Below are positions 1-8,788 of a stretch of DNA of 50,535 bases, in pieces (position 1 is the first letter of the stretch; the number at the start of each line of letters is the position of its first letter). The DNA comes from a virus (lineage: Duplodnaviria > Caudoviricetes). Made by a program: the position numbers and the translations under genes. Below the pieces are notes generated by a model that saw only the letters and a list, made by a program, of their open reading frames with translations, did no database searches and was not told where the DNA came from. The stretch is taken from positions 1 through 50,535 of the IMG/VR virus record IMGVR_UViG_3300048796_000086, one strand, 5' to 3'.

Positions 1-213
1 CTTGATAGCGTCCGGTGGGCTTGGCGCAACCCAACGATGCACCCAAAGCAAACCTATACTGAGGACGAAGCCGCGCCTTTACTTGAGCGCGTCCGCGAGT
101 TCATGGTCCGCCTTGTGAGCCTAGGCGTCGATGAGCCCAAGCTTTACGCCTACGCCAAGCGCAGGCTGAGTCATCACCCTTCGGATTGCCGCACGGAGCG
201 CACCATGCGCTAG
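1..213 (+). CDS. 5'-truncated HEPN-like (RxxxxH) protein, C-terminal part
   Basis: Frame 1 is open from base 1 to TAG at 211-213: LDSVRWAWRNPTMHPKQTYTEDEAAPLLERVREFMVRLV... RNPTMH followed by YTEDEA and an amphipathic helix resembles HEPN/DUF4145-type C-termini. Not in the ORF track. Confidence 0.6.
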   Translation, partial: LDSVRWAWRNPTMHPKQTYTEDEAAPLLERVREFMVRLVSLGVDEPKLYAYAKRRLSHHPSDCRTERTMR

Positions 214-490
214 CGGTTCGCAGCCTCTGGCGATCGAAAGCCACGGCGAGCGGACTGCACCTATGCGTTCGTTGGCCGGTCGGACGAGGCTCCTCAAGCG
301 TGAGGGAAAGATTCCGGCAACAGCAGACTCCTACGGGGGTTCGGAGAAAGGCAAGGCTCGCTCGATAGCAGCCCCGAGAGTGTCCGGCATCGTGGGAGAA
401 CGGAGCGCAACGGCGCGCTTCGGTGTGGTTCGTCCAGGGCTCGTAACCCGGCGACATAACAAGCCACCTGCTACGAGCGAACGCGAAAAA
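213..490 (+). ncRNA. Candidate structured RNA (unassigned family)
   Basis: Stems 213-221/250-258 (with G-U pairs) and 358-371/468-480 (13 bp, one bulged A) enclose several inner hairpins. No convincing ORF. Confidence 0.45.
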
Positions 491-1071
491 AGCCGACCGC
501 GTTCTCTCTCCTAGCCACCCCTATGCCCGAAAGACCACGCAATCCCGCTAGCGACACCGTTTCAAGCGCCTTTCAAATCCCTTTGTCCGTAGCGAGCCTG
601 CGAGCGTAGGACGGCTGCGACGTAGGAGCACATCCGGTACGGATGGCCGAAGGCAACACGCACCCAGCCGCTTCGCCCGATCCAGACCGCAGCGCGGTCA
701 GGGCGAACGAGCGACAACCCGATAGGGCGAAGCCGCAAGCCACAAGCCACAACCCCGCGCGCGCAAGCGCGCTGCACCAACGCCCCGCACCGCGAAGCCA
801 ACCGTCGTAAACGACACAAGACGAGGCTTCAACGAAGCCGAGACGACCTCTCCCACACCCACACCACCGTCCGCGCGGTCCTCCAGGCTTGCGCGAGGAG
901 TCCTTCGGCAGGCGAACAGACCGGTCGCCCACCTGGGTGGGTAGCTAACGCTTCGTGGCTCAGCGGGCGCGCCGGGGGTTGAGGGCTTTCGAGGTGCGAA
1001 GGGGAGGAAAAAAATAAGACGCCGTTGAAACTGGCGGTTGGTTGCTTCGCCGTTTAAAGGTTATCTCACTT

Positions 1072-1119
1072 ACGCGCGCGGTCGTCTAAAAAAAAGAAAA
1101 CGCAACCGCGCGTTTTTTT
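1072..1119 (+). terminator. Possible intrinsic terminator ending the non-coding region
   Basis: CGCGCGGT...ACCGCGCG inverted repeat around an A-rich loop, followed by T7. Confidence 0.35.
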
Positions 1120-1162
1120 GATAGAATAAGATTGCTGCCTGTTTGAAGGCGAAAGGAATGTT

Positions 1163-1459
1163 TTGATGGCCGAACCTAAACTTGAGTCCGTTGGTGAACG
1201 GAAGGCGCCTCGAGTTCCTCAAGAGCGCGAGATCGAGCGTCTCGGCTCTTTGACTCCGGTCCAGTTGTCGTTTGAGGACCTATCGGTGATGCAGCGGGTG
1301 GTCGAGATTCGTGCGTCGGTCCTATCTGCCGAGGAAGAAATCAAAGAACTCCGCAAGGTGCTCAAGGCCGGGAAGGAGGCTCTGGCCTCTGCGCTAGCGG
1401 TCACGGCAAGCCACTACAACAACCGCCGCCTGGCGGAATCCGTGGCCTCGAAGAACTAA
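1163..1459 (+). CDS. Hypothetical coiled-coil protein
   Basis: ORF with AAAGGA RBS, upstream TGaTAGAAT extended -10-like motif and downstream terminator. Confidence 0.65.
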   Translation: MMAEPKLESVGERKAPRVPQEREIERLGSLTPVQLSFEDLSVMQRVVEIRASVLSAEEEIKELRKVLKAGKEALASALAVTASHYNNRRLAESVASKN

Positions 1460-1484
1460 CTCTTTGGCCGCCCGGTTACCGGAC

Positions 1485-1519
1485 GAGGGGCTCGCAAACG
1501 CGGGCCTCTCTTGATTTCT
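1485..1519 (+). terminator. Rho-independent terminator
   Basis: GAGGGGCTCGC-AAAC-GCGGGCCTCTC stem followed by TTGATTTCT. Confidence 0.55.
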
Positions 1520-1614
1520 GTGGTTTGCGGGCGTAGGATGGTTTGCAGCGAAGGCGACGCGGTTTGTGCTCCGGGCCTTTCTCGGCTGCTCGCCTCGCGT
1601 TCTAGGAGGAATCT

Positions 1615-1845
1615 ATGGATAACAGCCTGAGTGGCGTAGGAAGTTCAGGGCTCGGTTACGCGACCCCGCAGGCGGACAGCAAGCCTCCGACTCACGCCGA
1701 GCGCATCCACGAGTTAAACTGCGCGCGGTACAATCATCAGGAGCGAATTGCGCAGTTGGAAGCCCTCACCACCTATATGGCGAGCGAGCTTGGCATTATG
1801 TTGCCGCCTTCGCCGGAGAAGATTACGCCCTCTCCGTCCTGGTAG
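1615..1845 (+). CDS. Hypothetical protein
   Basis: AGGAGG RBS before ATG; coiled-coil segment. Confidence 0.65.
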   Translation: MDNSLSGVGSSGLGYATPQADSKPPTHAERIHELNCARYNHQERIAQLEALTTYMASELGIMLPPSPEKITPSPSW

Positions 1846-1848
1846 CCG

Positions 1849-2196
1849 TTGCCTTCATTGCCGAACAAGCGGTTCAAGATGCCGCAGAGCCTCGATGGCG
1901 CTGAGACGTGGAGCGGGTGGCGCGAGTGCGACTTTGGGTATCCGCTGGTAAACTACGTCAGCAACGGCTCGGGCTTGCAGTGCGCGTATTTGACCGAGCA
2001 CGAGTCGGGGCTCAGTGTCGGCGTGAAGGCGGATATTGCTCGGGTGCGGATGGTGGTGGCGCGGTCGCGGTTGCGGGAGCTATCGACCGTTGTGGTGACG
2101 TGCGGGGTTTGCGGTGAGGTGCTGAGCCACGAGCCGCACACGGAGCCCTGTATGGCTATTCGACCGCCGGAAGCGGCGCTAGGAGGTCGTGCGTGA
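1849..2196 (+). CDS. Hypothetical protein with Cys/His motifs
   Basis: ORF follows the previous gene; CGVC and H/C residues near the C-terminus. Confidence 0.5.
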   Translation: MPSLPNKRFKMPQSLDGAETWSGWRECDFGYPLVNYVSNGSGLQCAYLTEHESGLSVGVKADIARVRMVVARSRLRELSTVVVTCGVCGEVLSHEPHTEPCMAIRPPEAALGGRA

Positions 2197-2590
2197 GCAG
2201 CCTGCGGTCCAGGAGTTCTTTCTTGCGCGCTTTGCGTTCTTCGGTAGCGAGCGCTGCGGCGACTCGGCGATCGACTTCGCACTTAGTGCAGCGCGCCAGG
2301 GTCCAGAGCGCCGGCAAGGCGCACCGGCAGCGCTTGCACCGCTTCCCTTCGATGTCGAGGTTGGCAACGTGAGTGCCGGCTTCCATGCCGAGCGCGTCCA
2401 TGACGGCAGCGGCGAGCACCTCGTGCCGAGCGAAGAAAACCTTCTTGCACGCTTGGCTGCAAAACGCCCGCGCCCGACCTCCCTTAGCGGGGGGCTCGAT
2501 GGAAGTGCCGCAGATGGGGCACGGCGCAGCTTTTCGGCTGGTAAGTCTGCGACCGTCCCAACGCTGTGGCCGGAAAAGGCTCGCAAGCAT
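2156..2590 (-). CDS. Zinc-finger protein (start uncertain)
   Basis: CPICG...GGRARAFCSQACK motif (CGNR-like ribbon) plus CKRC and CTKC pairs. Confidence 0.5.
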   Translation of the reverse strand: MLASLFRPQRWDGRRLTSRKAAPCPICGTSIEPPAKGGRARAFCSQACKKVFFARHEVLAAAVMDALGMEAGTHVANLDIEGKRCKRCRCALPALWTLARCTKCEVDRRVAAALATEERKARKKELLDRRLLTHDLLAPLPAVE

Positions 2591-2593
2591 GGC

Positions 2594-2917
2594 ATGAGAG
2601 TCATTCTACGCGGAGCAGCCGAATTTCTCTCTCGCCGTGGCTGGTGCCCCAATACCCAGGAACTGGCAACGATGCTGGGGACGAGTAAGGCGGCGGTGCA
2701 GTGGTTTTCGCACGAGAACCAAGAGCGCGGGCTGATGGAGCCGTTTGGCGACTCGCACCGGCCCAACTTCGAGCGGAGGCTGACTGCGCGTGGGTGGCTG
2801 TCGCTGGGGCTGCAACCGATCGTCCCGTGGCGCCGGAGGCCGAGTGCCGACGTGCGGGCAAGGATTGCCGAGAAGGTGGTGCGCGACGTAGTGCGCGCTT
2901 TAAAGGCGCAAGCGTGA
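2594..2917 (+). CDS. LexA-type winged-helix DNA-binding protein (start uncertain)
   Basis: FLSRRGWCPNTQELATMLGTSKAAVQW...ERGLM matches the LexA N-terminal wHTH pattern; no peptidase domain. Confidence 0.55.
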   Translation: MRVILRGAAEFLSRRGWCPNTQELATMLGTSKAAVQWFSHENQERGLMEPFGDSHRPNFERRLTARGWLSLGLQPIVPWRRRPSADVRARIAEKVVRDVVRALKAQA

Positions 2918-3279
2918 CGGAGTTCCTATTCGGTGCCCTCGCCTTCCTTGCGTTGCTCGGATGGGGAACTACGAACGCGCTAAACTCCTACGCTCGAGCG
3001 CTGGGGCACTTCAGGGAGGCACAGGCTCTCGACATCGAGGAGCGCGTGAGCGAGCGAATCGACAAGCGCGTCAGCGAGGTCCTCGCCCGTTACCAATCGC
3101 TGAAGCGCGCGAAGCAAGAACCCGGCGAGAAACCTGGGCCAGTGGTTTTAGACGATGCGACGGAAGCCGAACGCGAGCGCCGCCGGCAGAACCTTTCAAT
3201 GACGGACTCGATGCCAGGAGACGACGACCCGTTCGATATCGGCGCGCTGAACGAACAGCCGCTAACGAGCGTCGAGTAG
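2914..3279 (+). CDS. Membrane-anchored coiled-coil protein
   Basis: GTGA overlap start; N-terminal hydrophobic helix FLFGALAFLALLGWG. Confidence 0.6.
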   Translation: MTEFLFGALAFLALLGWGTTNALNSYARALGHFREAQALDIEERVSERIDKRVSEVLARYQSLKRAKQEPGEKPGPVVLDDATEAERERRRQNLSMTDSMPGDDDPFDIGALNEQPLTSVE

Positions 3280-3840
3280 GTGCCGCGCCAAAAGCAGCCC
3301 GCGCCGCTCATTCCTGACTTCGTAGAAGAAGCGCCGCTGGCGATTCCGTCAGCGCCCGCGCACCGCGAACACGAGCGCCACATCGACCCGTACAAAACCC
3401 TTCCGGGCGCTGTGCCCGAGCAGCAGGCCGCACCCAAGCGCAAAGCGCGGCAGCACGACGAGAACGCGAACTACCTGGCCGACCAGCGCGGCCGACTCGA
3501 ACGGTACGACCGCTACCTCGACAACCTCGTAGACTTCCACGGCGATATCGACAAAGCGCTTTCGATCGTGTACCAAGTCGGCGTTGACGAGGCGACAGAA
3601 CGGCATGACGAACTGCTAACCGATGTGCAGACCGGCATCGGCTCGTCTTCGATTAGCGAGATAATCAAACGGCGGGACGTAAGCCGCGGCGCGCTGCTAT
3701 CGCTGCTGCGGAAGTGGGCGTACTGCGGGAACCCGGCCGCGAGTCTGAAGGCAATAGATATGCTGCGGGACCTCGGCGACGACGGCCCTTCGGAATCCTC
3801 GTTCGAGCAGTACGCGCGCCTAGCATTGCTGGAGCGCTAA
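3280..3840 (+). CDS. Putative terminase small subunit
   Basis: Immediately precedes and overlaps (TAATG) the large terminase; helical, with an AASLKAIDML C-terminal motif. Confidence 0.55.
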   Translation: MPRQKQPAPLIPDFVEEAPLAIPSAPAHREHERHIDPYKTLPGAVPEQQAAPKRKARQHDENANYLADQRGRLERYDRYLDNLVDFHGDIDKALSIVYQVGVDEATERHDELLTDVQTGIGSSSISEIIKRRDVSRGALLSLLRKWAYCGNPAASLKAIDMLRDLGDDGPSESSFEQYARLALLER

Positions 3841-5858
3841 TGTCGCTCATTGGACCTTCGGAATTGCTTTCCGTGGGAGACTTCTTCCATGAGAAGTACG
3901 GTCGCGCTGCGCCCGAGCCGCACGAGGTAAACGCCTGGCGCCTGGCCGAGACGACGCAAATGATGAACTCCGCGCCGTTTGCGATCACGAACTATTTCAA
4001 GGTTGCCGACAAGGACGGCGAACTGGTCCGCATCAAGCCGTTCGTATTCCAAGCTATCCTCAGCGTCTGCCTCGAAAGCCAACGCCGCCGCGGCCTAGCG
4101 CAACGCGTGCTCGAAGATAAGTCGCGCCAAACCGGCGGCACGACGTGGTGCCTAGGCGAAGCGCTGTACAACTCGCTGCACCCCAACCATAAGTCGATGA
4201 TTCTCGTCAACGACGAGGACGTAGCGATGGCAAAGGCGACTGTGCTCGCAGGAATGGTCAATAGCCTGCCGATGCACATGCAACCGAAGCGCCGAATCCA
4301 AAACCTCAAGCATCTCTTCTTCGATAACCCCAACCCCAAGCAGCGTATGTATGACCCGGGATTAAACTCCGAAATACAGATAACCGTGCCGTCCGGTATG
4401 CGTGGCACAACGCCGCACCTCGTCATTATCTCTGAGTACGCCTTCATGGACGATGCGCGCAAAGAAGAAGTGAACACCGGCTTGCTCTCTGCGATGGGGT
4501 TACGGAAAGCGTCGTGCGTGATTATCGACACAACGCCGAACGGGATGGGCGACGAGTACCATACGCTGGTAATGGAAGCGGTCGAAGCGAACCCAAAGTG
4601 GGTGCGCCGCCTTGAGACGACGGTGAACATTACGCCCGAAGAGATATTCGCCGGCAAGCTCGGAGAACCGGAACGGCCCGATGCAGGTTGGATTCTCGCG
4701 TACTCTCCCTTCTTTCAGCACGACGAATACACGACGCGCAACGAGAACCCGCGCGGCGAGTACGACCGCATATCGAAGGCGCAACTCGCGGAGTTCCTAA
4801 CGCAGATTGGAGACGACCCGAAGTACGGGCGCGAGAGCGAGATGCGGCTGCAAGAAATGGGCGTGTCGCCATATCGGCTGTTCTGGCGCCGCAAGAAGAT
4901 CGACTCATTCCAGCAAGCCAGCCAAGAGTTGAAGCTACTGGTGTTCGACCAGGAATATTCAACGACGGTCAGCGAATCGTTTGTGAACTACGAGAAGTCG
5001 CCGTTCGATCGCGACTGCCTCACTGCCGTCGTAAAACACGGGCAGGAACCGATTGCGCGCGGTATCCTGCGCGAAGAAGGCGGTCGCATCGGTATCGACA
5101 CCACGTTCCATTCCGACTGGCAGGAACTGCGCCTGTACGCACCGCCGGAAACCAGCGAACAGTACGCGATTGGCGTGGACACCGGCGGCATTCGGTACGG
5201 CTCGCTGGACGCCGATGCGTGGGTGTGCCAAGTGCTTCGCGCGCGAGACTTCAAGGTGGTCGCAACGTATGAAGCGCGCGTGGACGAGTTTACCTTCTGC
5301 GATCAGTTGATGCTGCTCTACAAGTGGTACGGCTACGCTTACACCTGCGTCGAACTGCAGGCGTCCGGCTACGCGGTCGTGCGACGCCTCGTGGATGCGG
5401 GGATGCGTAACTACTACCAGTGGAAACGCCTGGACGTGGACTTCCCTGAACCGGGCGAGAAGATATACCCTGGCTGGGAAACGACGTTCAAGACGCGCCC
5501 GATTATGGACGACTGGCTCGTCTCTACTATCTGCCACCGCGACCCGATGACCGGCAAACCGGAGCCAACCGTGATTGTGCCGGACCTCAAAACGCTGTCG
5601 GAGTTGCAAAGCGTGCGCCGCACGACCAGCGGCGCGATAAAGAACGACAACGGACACGACGACCACGTTGACGCGTTGTGTCTTGCCATGATTGCGGCGA
5701 GTGACCCGTGGAGCGGGATTAACCGGAAGCCGAAGGAAGAACCGAAGCCTGCGCGCATGGACAACTTCGACGCGCTCGGGCCGCGGCGCTGGCGTTCGCC
5801 TGGCGCGATCGCGGCGCAACGGCGGGACCGGAATCACCCCGACCTTGCCCAATTGTAG
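3840..5858 (+). CDS. terL: Terminase large subunit
   Basis: Walker A-like KSRQTGGTT, Walker B IISE, coupling motif DTT, RNase H-like nuclease motifs IGVDTG and HDDHVDA. Start placed at the coupled ATG 3840. Confidence 0.92.
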   Translation: MSLIGPSELLSVGDFFHEKYGRAAPEPHEVNAWRLAETTQMMNSAPFAITNYFKVADKDGELVRIKPFVFQAILSVCLESQRRRGLAQRVLEDKSRQTGGTTWCLGEALYNSLHPNHKSMILVNDEDVAMAKATVLAGMVNSLPMHMQPKRRIQNLKHLFFDNPNPKQRMYDPGLNSEIQITVPSGMRGTTPHLVIISEYAFMDDARKEEVNTGLLSAMGLRKASCVIIDTTPNGMGDEYHTLVMEAVEANPKWVRRLETTVNITPEEIFAGKLGEPERPDAGWILAYSPFFQHDEYTTRNENPRGEYDRISKAQLAEFLTQIGDDPKYGRESEMRLQEMGVSPYRLFWRRKKIDSFQQASQELKLLVFDQEYSTTVSESFVNYEKSPFDRDCLTAVVKHGQEPIARGILREEGGRIGIDTTFHSDWQELRLYAPPETSEQYAIGVDTGGIRYGSLDADAWVCQVLRARDFKVVATYEARVDEFTFCDQLMLLYKWYGYAYTCVELQASGYAVVRRLVDAGMRNYYQWKRLDVDFPEPGEKIYPGWETTFKTRPIMDDWLVSTICHRDPMTGKPEPTVIVPDLKTLSELQSVRRTTSGAIKNDNGHDDHVDALCLAMIAASDPWSGINRKPKEEPKPARMDNFDALGPRRWRSPGAIAAQRRDRNHPDLAQL

Positions 5859-5868
5859 GAGGAAACGA

Positions 5869-6105
5869 ATGGACAAAGATACCAAAGAATCCCTGAAGCG
5901 AATCGGCGATACGGATTTCCCACCTTCTGGAACAATGGTGAAATGCGAGGATATAGCCGAGGCTTTCAGGCGCTACTTGGAAGAAGAAGGATGCGTCCCT
6001 GGCGCCGAAATGGTGAAGGGGTGGGATGCGGTATCCCGCGCTTGCATCCGTGTGCTGGCGCTCCGCAACAGAATCTACAGCGGCGGATTGTCTCCCCTTG
6101 GTTAG
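5869..6105 (+). CDS. Hypothetical protein
   Basis: AGGAGG RBS then MDKDTKESLK... Confidence 0.6.
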   Translation: MDKDTKESLKRIGDTDFPPSGTMVKCEDIAEAFRRYLEEEGCVPGAEMVKGWDAVSRACIRVLALRNRIYSGGLSPLG

Positions 6106-6787
6106 TTGCGTTCTCCCGACCGCGAACCGCGTGTGGCTGTTGCATTCGGCGGTAAATTTGTTCCTTGCACAAACCTACACTGACAAGGAGTTAGTCATCC
6201 TCGATGATGGGCAGAATACTCCTCACCGCAAGCAGTGGATTTACGAACCGAGAGTTCGTTACTACCATGAGCCGTCCAATCTAAGCCTTGGCGAGAAGTG
6301 GAACCGCCTCATCGAACTCGCGCGCGGCGACATCATCGCCCTCTGGGCCGACGACGACTACTACGCGCCGTGGCGCCTGGCCTACCAAGTTGGGCTGCTC
6401 GAACAGTACGGCGACGACATCTGCGCTATTCGCAACCCGCTGTCGATCGACGCGGAGCGCAAGCTGGCCTGGCACGTTACCCCACCCGGCGGCTACGTCG
6501 CCTCGTCTACGATGGTCTTTCGGCGCGCGATATGGGAGCGCTGCCCGTTCGAGGACGTTGCCACCGGCGAGGACAACGGATTCCTCACCAACCAACGCAA
6601 GCACGGGGCGACGGTCATCGAGGCGCTGGACTACCGCTGCGTGGTGGGGCGTATCCACCGGACGAACACCGCCAGCCGCGAGCAGGCGCGCGACCACTGG
6701 CAGGTGCCGTTTGAGGTCGTGCAGGCCCTCATCGGCCAGCGTGACTTTGACGCGTACTTCGGCGGAGCGGACGGCTTGCCGCGATGA
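6098..6787 (+). CDS. Family 2 (GT-A) glycosyltransferase (start approximate)
   Basis: LVSCVLPTANR...LAQTYTDKELVILDDG, ARGDIIALWADDDYY (DxD) and GED motifs. Confidence 0.9.
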   Translation: MVSCVLPTANRVWLLHSAVNLFLAQTYTDKELVILDDGQNTPHRKQWIYEPRVRYYHEPSNLSLGEKWNRLIELARGDIIALWADDDYYAPWRLAYQVGLLEQYGDDICAIRNPLSIDAERKLAWHVTPPGGYVASSTMVFRRAIWERCPFEDVATGEDNGFLTNQRKHGATVIEALDYRCVVGRIHRTNTASREQARDHWQVPFEVVQALIGQRDFDAYFGGADGLPR

Positions 6788-6877
6788 TGTGGTGGCTGGG
6801 GCTTGCGCTATTCGTTGCGTTCGCCGGTTTCATTCTGTACTGTATAATCAAATCACCCGACTTCTAGGAGGAATACT

Positions 6878-7531
6878 TTGCCAGTAGCCGCGCTTATTCC
6901 AAAACGCAAGATTCGCCTGAGCGAACAGGACCCGCTCACCTTCATCCCACACGGCGATCGCATCCTCGTGGAGATGCTCGAAGTGGACGAGACGACCCCA
7001 AGCGGTATCGAACTCCCGCGCATGGACGACGCGAGCAAGGAGCACGAGGTCGGCTGGACCGCGGGCGTCGTGGTCAACGTGGGCAGCGGGCACCGGATGG
7101 ACGTGGCCGACCAAGCCGTGCGTATGCAAGCCAAGGTTACGAAAGAGGAAGCGCCGACGACGCCGTTCCTCAAGATTTACGACGACGAGACGCAGGAAGG
7201 CATCTTTATGGTGCCGTCCACGGTGCCGATGCCATTCTTCCGCGGGCAGGTCATCATGCTGGCGAAGTTCGCGGGTAGCGACATTCTTCTTCAGGGCGTC
7301 GAGCACAAGTTAATTACTCAGGTTCACGTTCTCGGCGTGTTCACGAAGCTGCGGCTGAACGTTGGCCTCGAAAGCGCGACGTTGGAAGAGTCCCCGCCGC
7401 TCCCGGAAGGTCTGCAGCGCGTGTCGGTTCGGCGCTTACCTGATGGTGTTGCGCCCCAGGAAGCAATGGACGCTCACTTAGCCGAGCGCAACGGCGAACT
7501 TCTCACGCACGGCCATGACGACGAAGCGTAA
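6878..7531 (+). CDS. groES: GroES/Cpn10-like co-chaperonin with insertion and extensions
   Basis: PHGDRILVE...TPSGIELP...GVVVNVGSG...GQVIMLAKFAGSDI...VLGV; AGGAGG RBS; TATAAT just upstream. Confidence 0.8.
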   Translation: MPVAALIPKRKIRLSEQDPLTFIPHGDRILVEMLEVDETTPSGIELPRMDDASKEHEVGWTAGVVVNVGSGHRMDVADQAVRMQAKVTKEEAPTTPFLKIYDDETQEGIFMVPSTVPMPFFRGQVIMLAKFAGSDILLQGVEHKLITQVHVLGVFTKLRLNVGLESATLEESPPLPEGLQRVSVRRLPDGVAPQEAMDAHLAERNGELLTHGHDDEA

Positions 7532-7748
7532 ACCCTTTGACCTGTTCGTGGACTTCAACGACGGGCGGTTCGTGGAATACGACGACGGCGTGGAGAAACA
7601 GTTAGAGCGCCAGCGTGCTCAGGGAATCCCGCCGTGGAAGGAGTACCGGGCTTCGGTTTCCCTTCACGGCGTTGGGCCGGACTTCAAACCGCGAGTGATT
7701 AGTTGCACGGTGATACGGGAGGAAGCACAATGCGAGATGAACAGATAG
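7515..7748 (+). CDS. Hypothetical protein
   Basis: ORF overlapping its neighbours within the operon. Confidence 0.5.
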   Translation: MTTKRKPFDLFVDFNDGRFVEYDDGVEKQLERQRAQGIPPWKEYRASVSLHGVGPDFKPRVISCTVIREEAQCEMNR

Positions 7749-8002
7749 CGCCTCGGTTGGCTGATGAGAGCCCACGTTCTTTCGATGACATGTTCAAGGC
7801 ACTAGCAAAAGATGGGTCATCGTGCATTCGATGCGGCGTAACCTGGATAGATATGTACGACTTGTACAGGCATGGACTTAGGCAGGTGTACGAGCGGCCG
7901 AACCGCTTCGCCTGTCGGTCGTGCTATAAGGTATTGTGGCGGGGTCCAAAGTGGTGGGCATTTCTCAAACTCTGGGTGTGGGAGTGGTTCCTGAAAGGAT
8001 GA
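7730..8002 (+). CDS. Small zinc-ribbon protein
   Basis: GGAGG RBS; CIRC...CRSC; ATGA-coupled to the next gene. Confidence 0.5.
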   Translation: MRDEQIAPRLADESPRSFDDMFKALAKDGSSCIRCGVTWIDMYDLYRHGLRQVYERPNRFACRSCYKVLWRGPKWWAFLKLWVWEWFLKG

Positions 8003-8721
8003 AAATTCCAAGCTGGCTTCGTAAGCTCGCCTCGCCCGAAGGCCCGATAGGCGAATGGCTCTCACCCTCGGACGTTTACAAGACGCGGGCCGGATTGCCA
8101 ATCACCGCATCGAGGAACCAACGCGCCGAGATGCCGCAGCTTCCCGCTGCTCAGGTCGAACGCGCCTGTGCGCCTGAACGATACTACGCTAAGGGCGAGA
8201 TCGACGTGCCGTTCTCTCGCGAGCGCGTCGTCTCGCCCTACATCATCGAGCGATATAAACCAGTCATGGCCGGGATGGAGATAACCGGGTGGCGCGTTGT
8301 TCAAGAGCCGCGTTCGCAGTTCTGCGACTGCACGACGGCTCGGTTCGCCAAGGAGGGCGGGGAAATGGTCCACGCGGCCTGCGGGCGCCGCCGAGAGCCG
8401 CTCTCCGACGCCGAGTTTATGGAGAAGGCGCTGACCATCCAGAAGGCGCCGGACGACGCGATTTACGACCAGTACGCAATCACGATCAAAGGCAACGATA
8501 CGGCGATCGTGGACGGGATGAAGGTGACGGGCGGGACCCAGGTTCGCTCGCGCAGGCACCATCGAGACGTGACTCGTGGTATGGTCTTTTGGGACAAGGG
8601 CACGCCAAAGTGCGTCGAAAAGGCGCTTGCAGACGAAAATTCGAAGCGTAAGGCCGATACGGCGCGGGCCATCGAAAGGAAAACGCACCGCTTGATTAGC
8701 GATCACCCAGGAGACATTTAG
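7999..8721 (+). CDS. Hypothetical protein upstream of portal
   Basis: Coupled ATG at 7999 (MKIPSWLRK...). Confidence 0.65.
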   Translation: MKIPSWLRKLASPEGPIGEWLSPSDVYKTRAGLPITASRNQRAEMPQLPAAQVERACAPERYYAKGEIDVPFSRERVVSPYIIERYKPVMAGMEITGWRVVQEPRSQFCDCTTARFAKEGGEMVHAACGRRREPLSDAEFMEKALTIQKAPDDAIYDQYAITIKGNDTAIVDGMKVTGGTQVRSRRHHRDVTRGMVFWDKGTPKCVEKALADENSKRKADTARAIERKTHRLISDHPGDI

Positions 8722-8788
8722 AATTTCAGTATTTGGGCCGAGCGCCGCTTCTGGAGGCTTAGGAGGCCCCTCGCCGGGGGGCTGGTTA

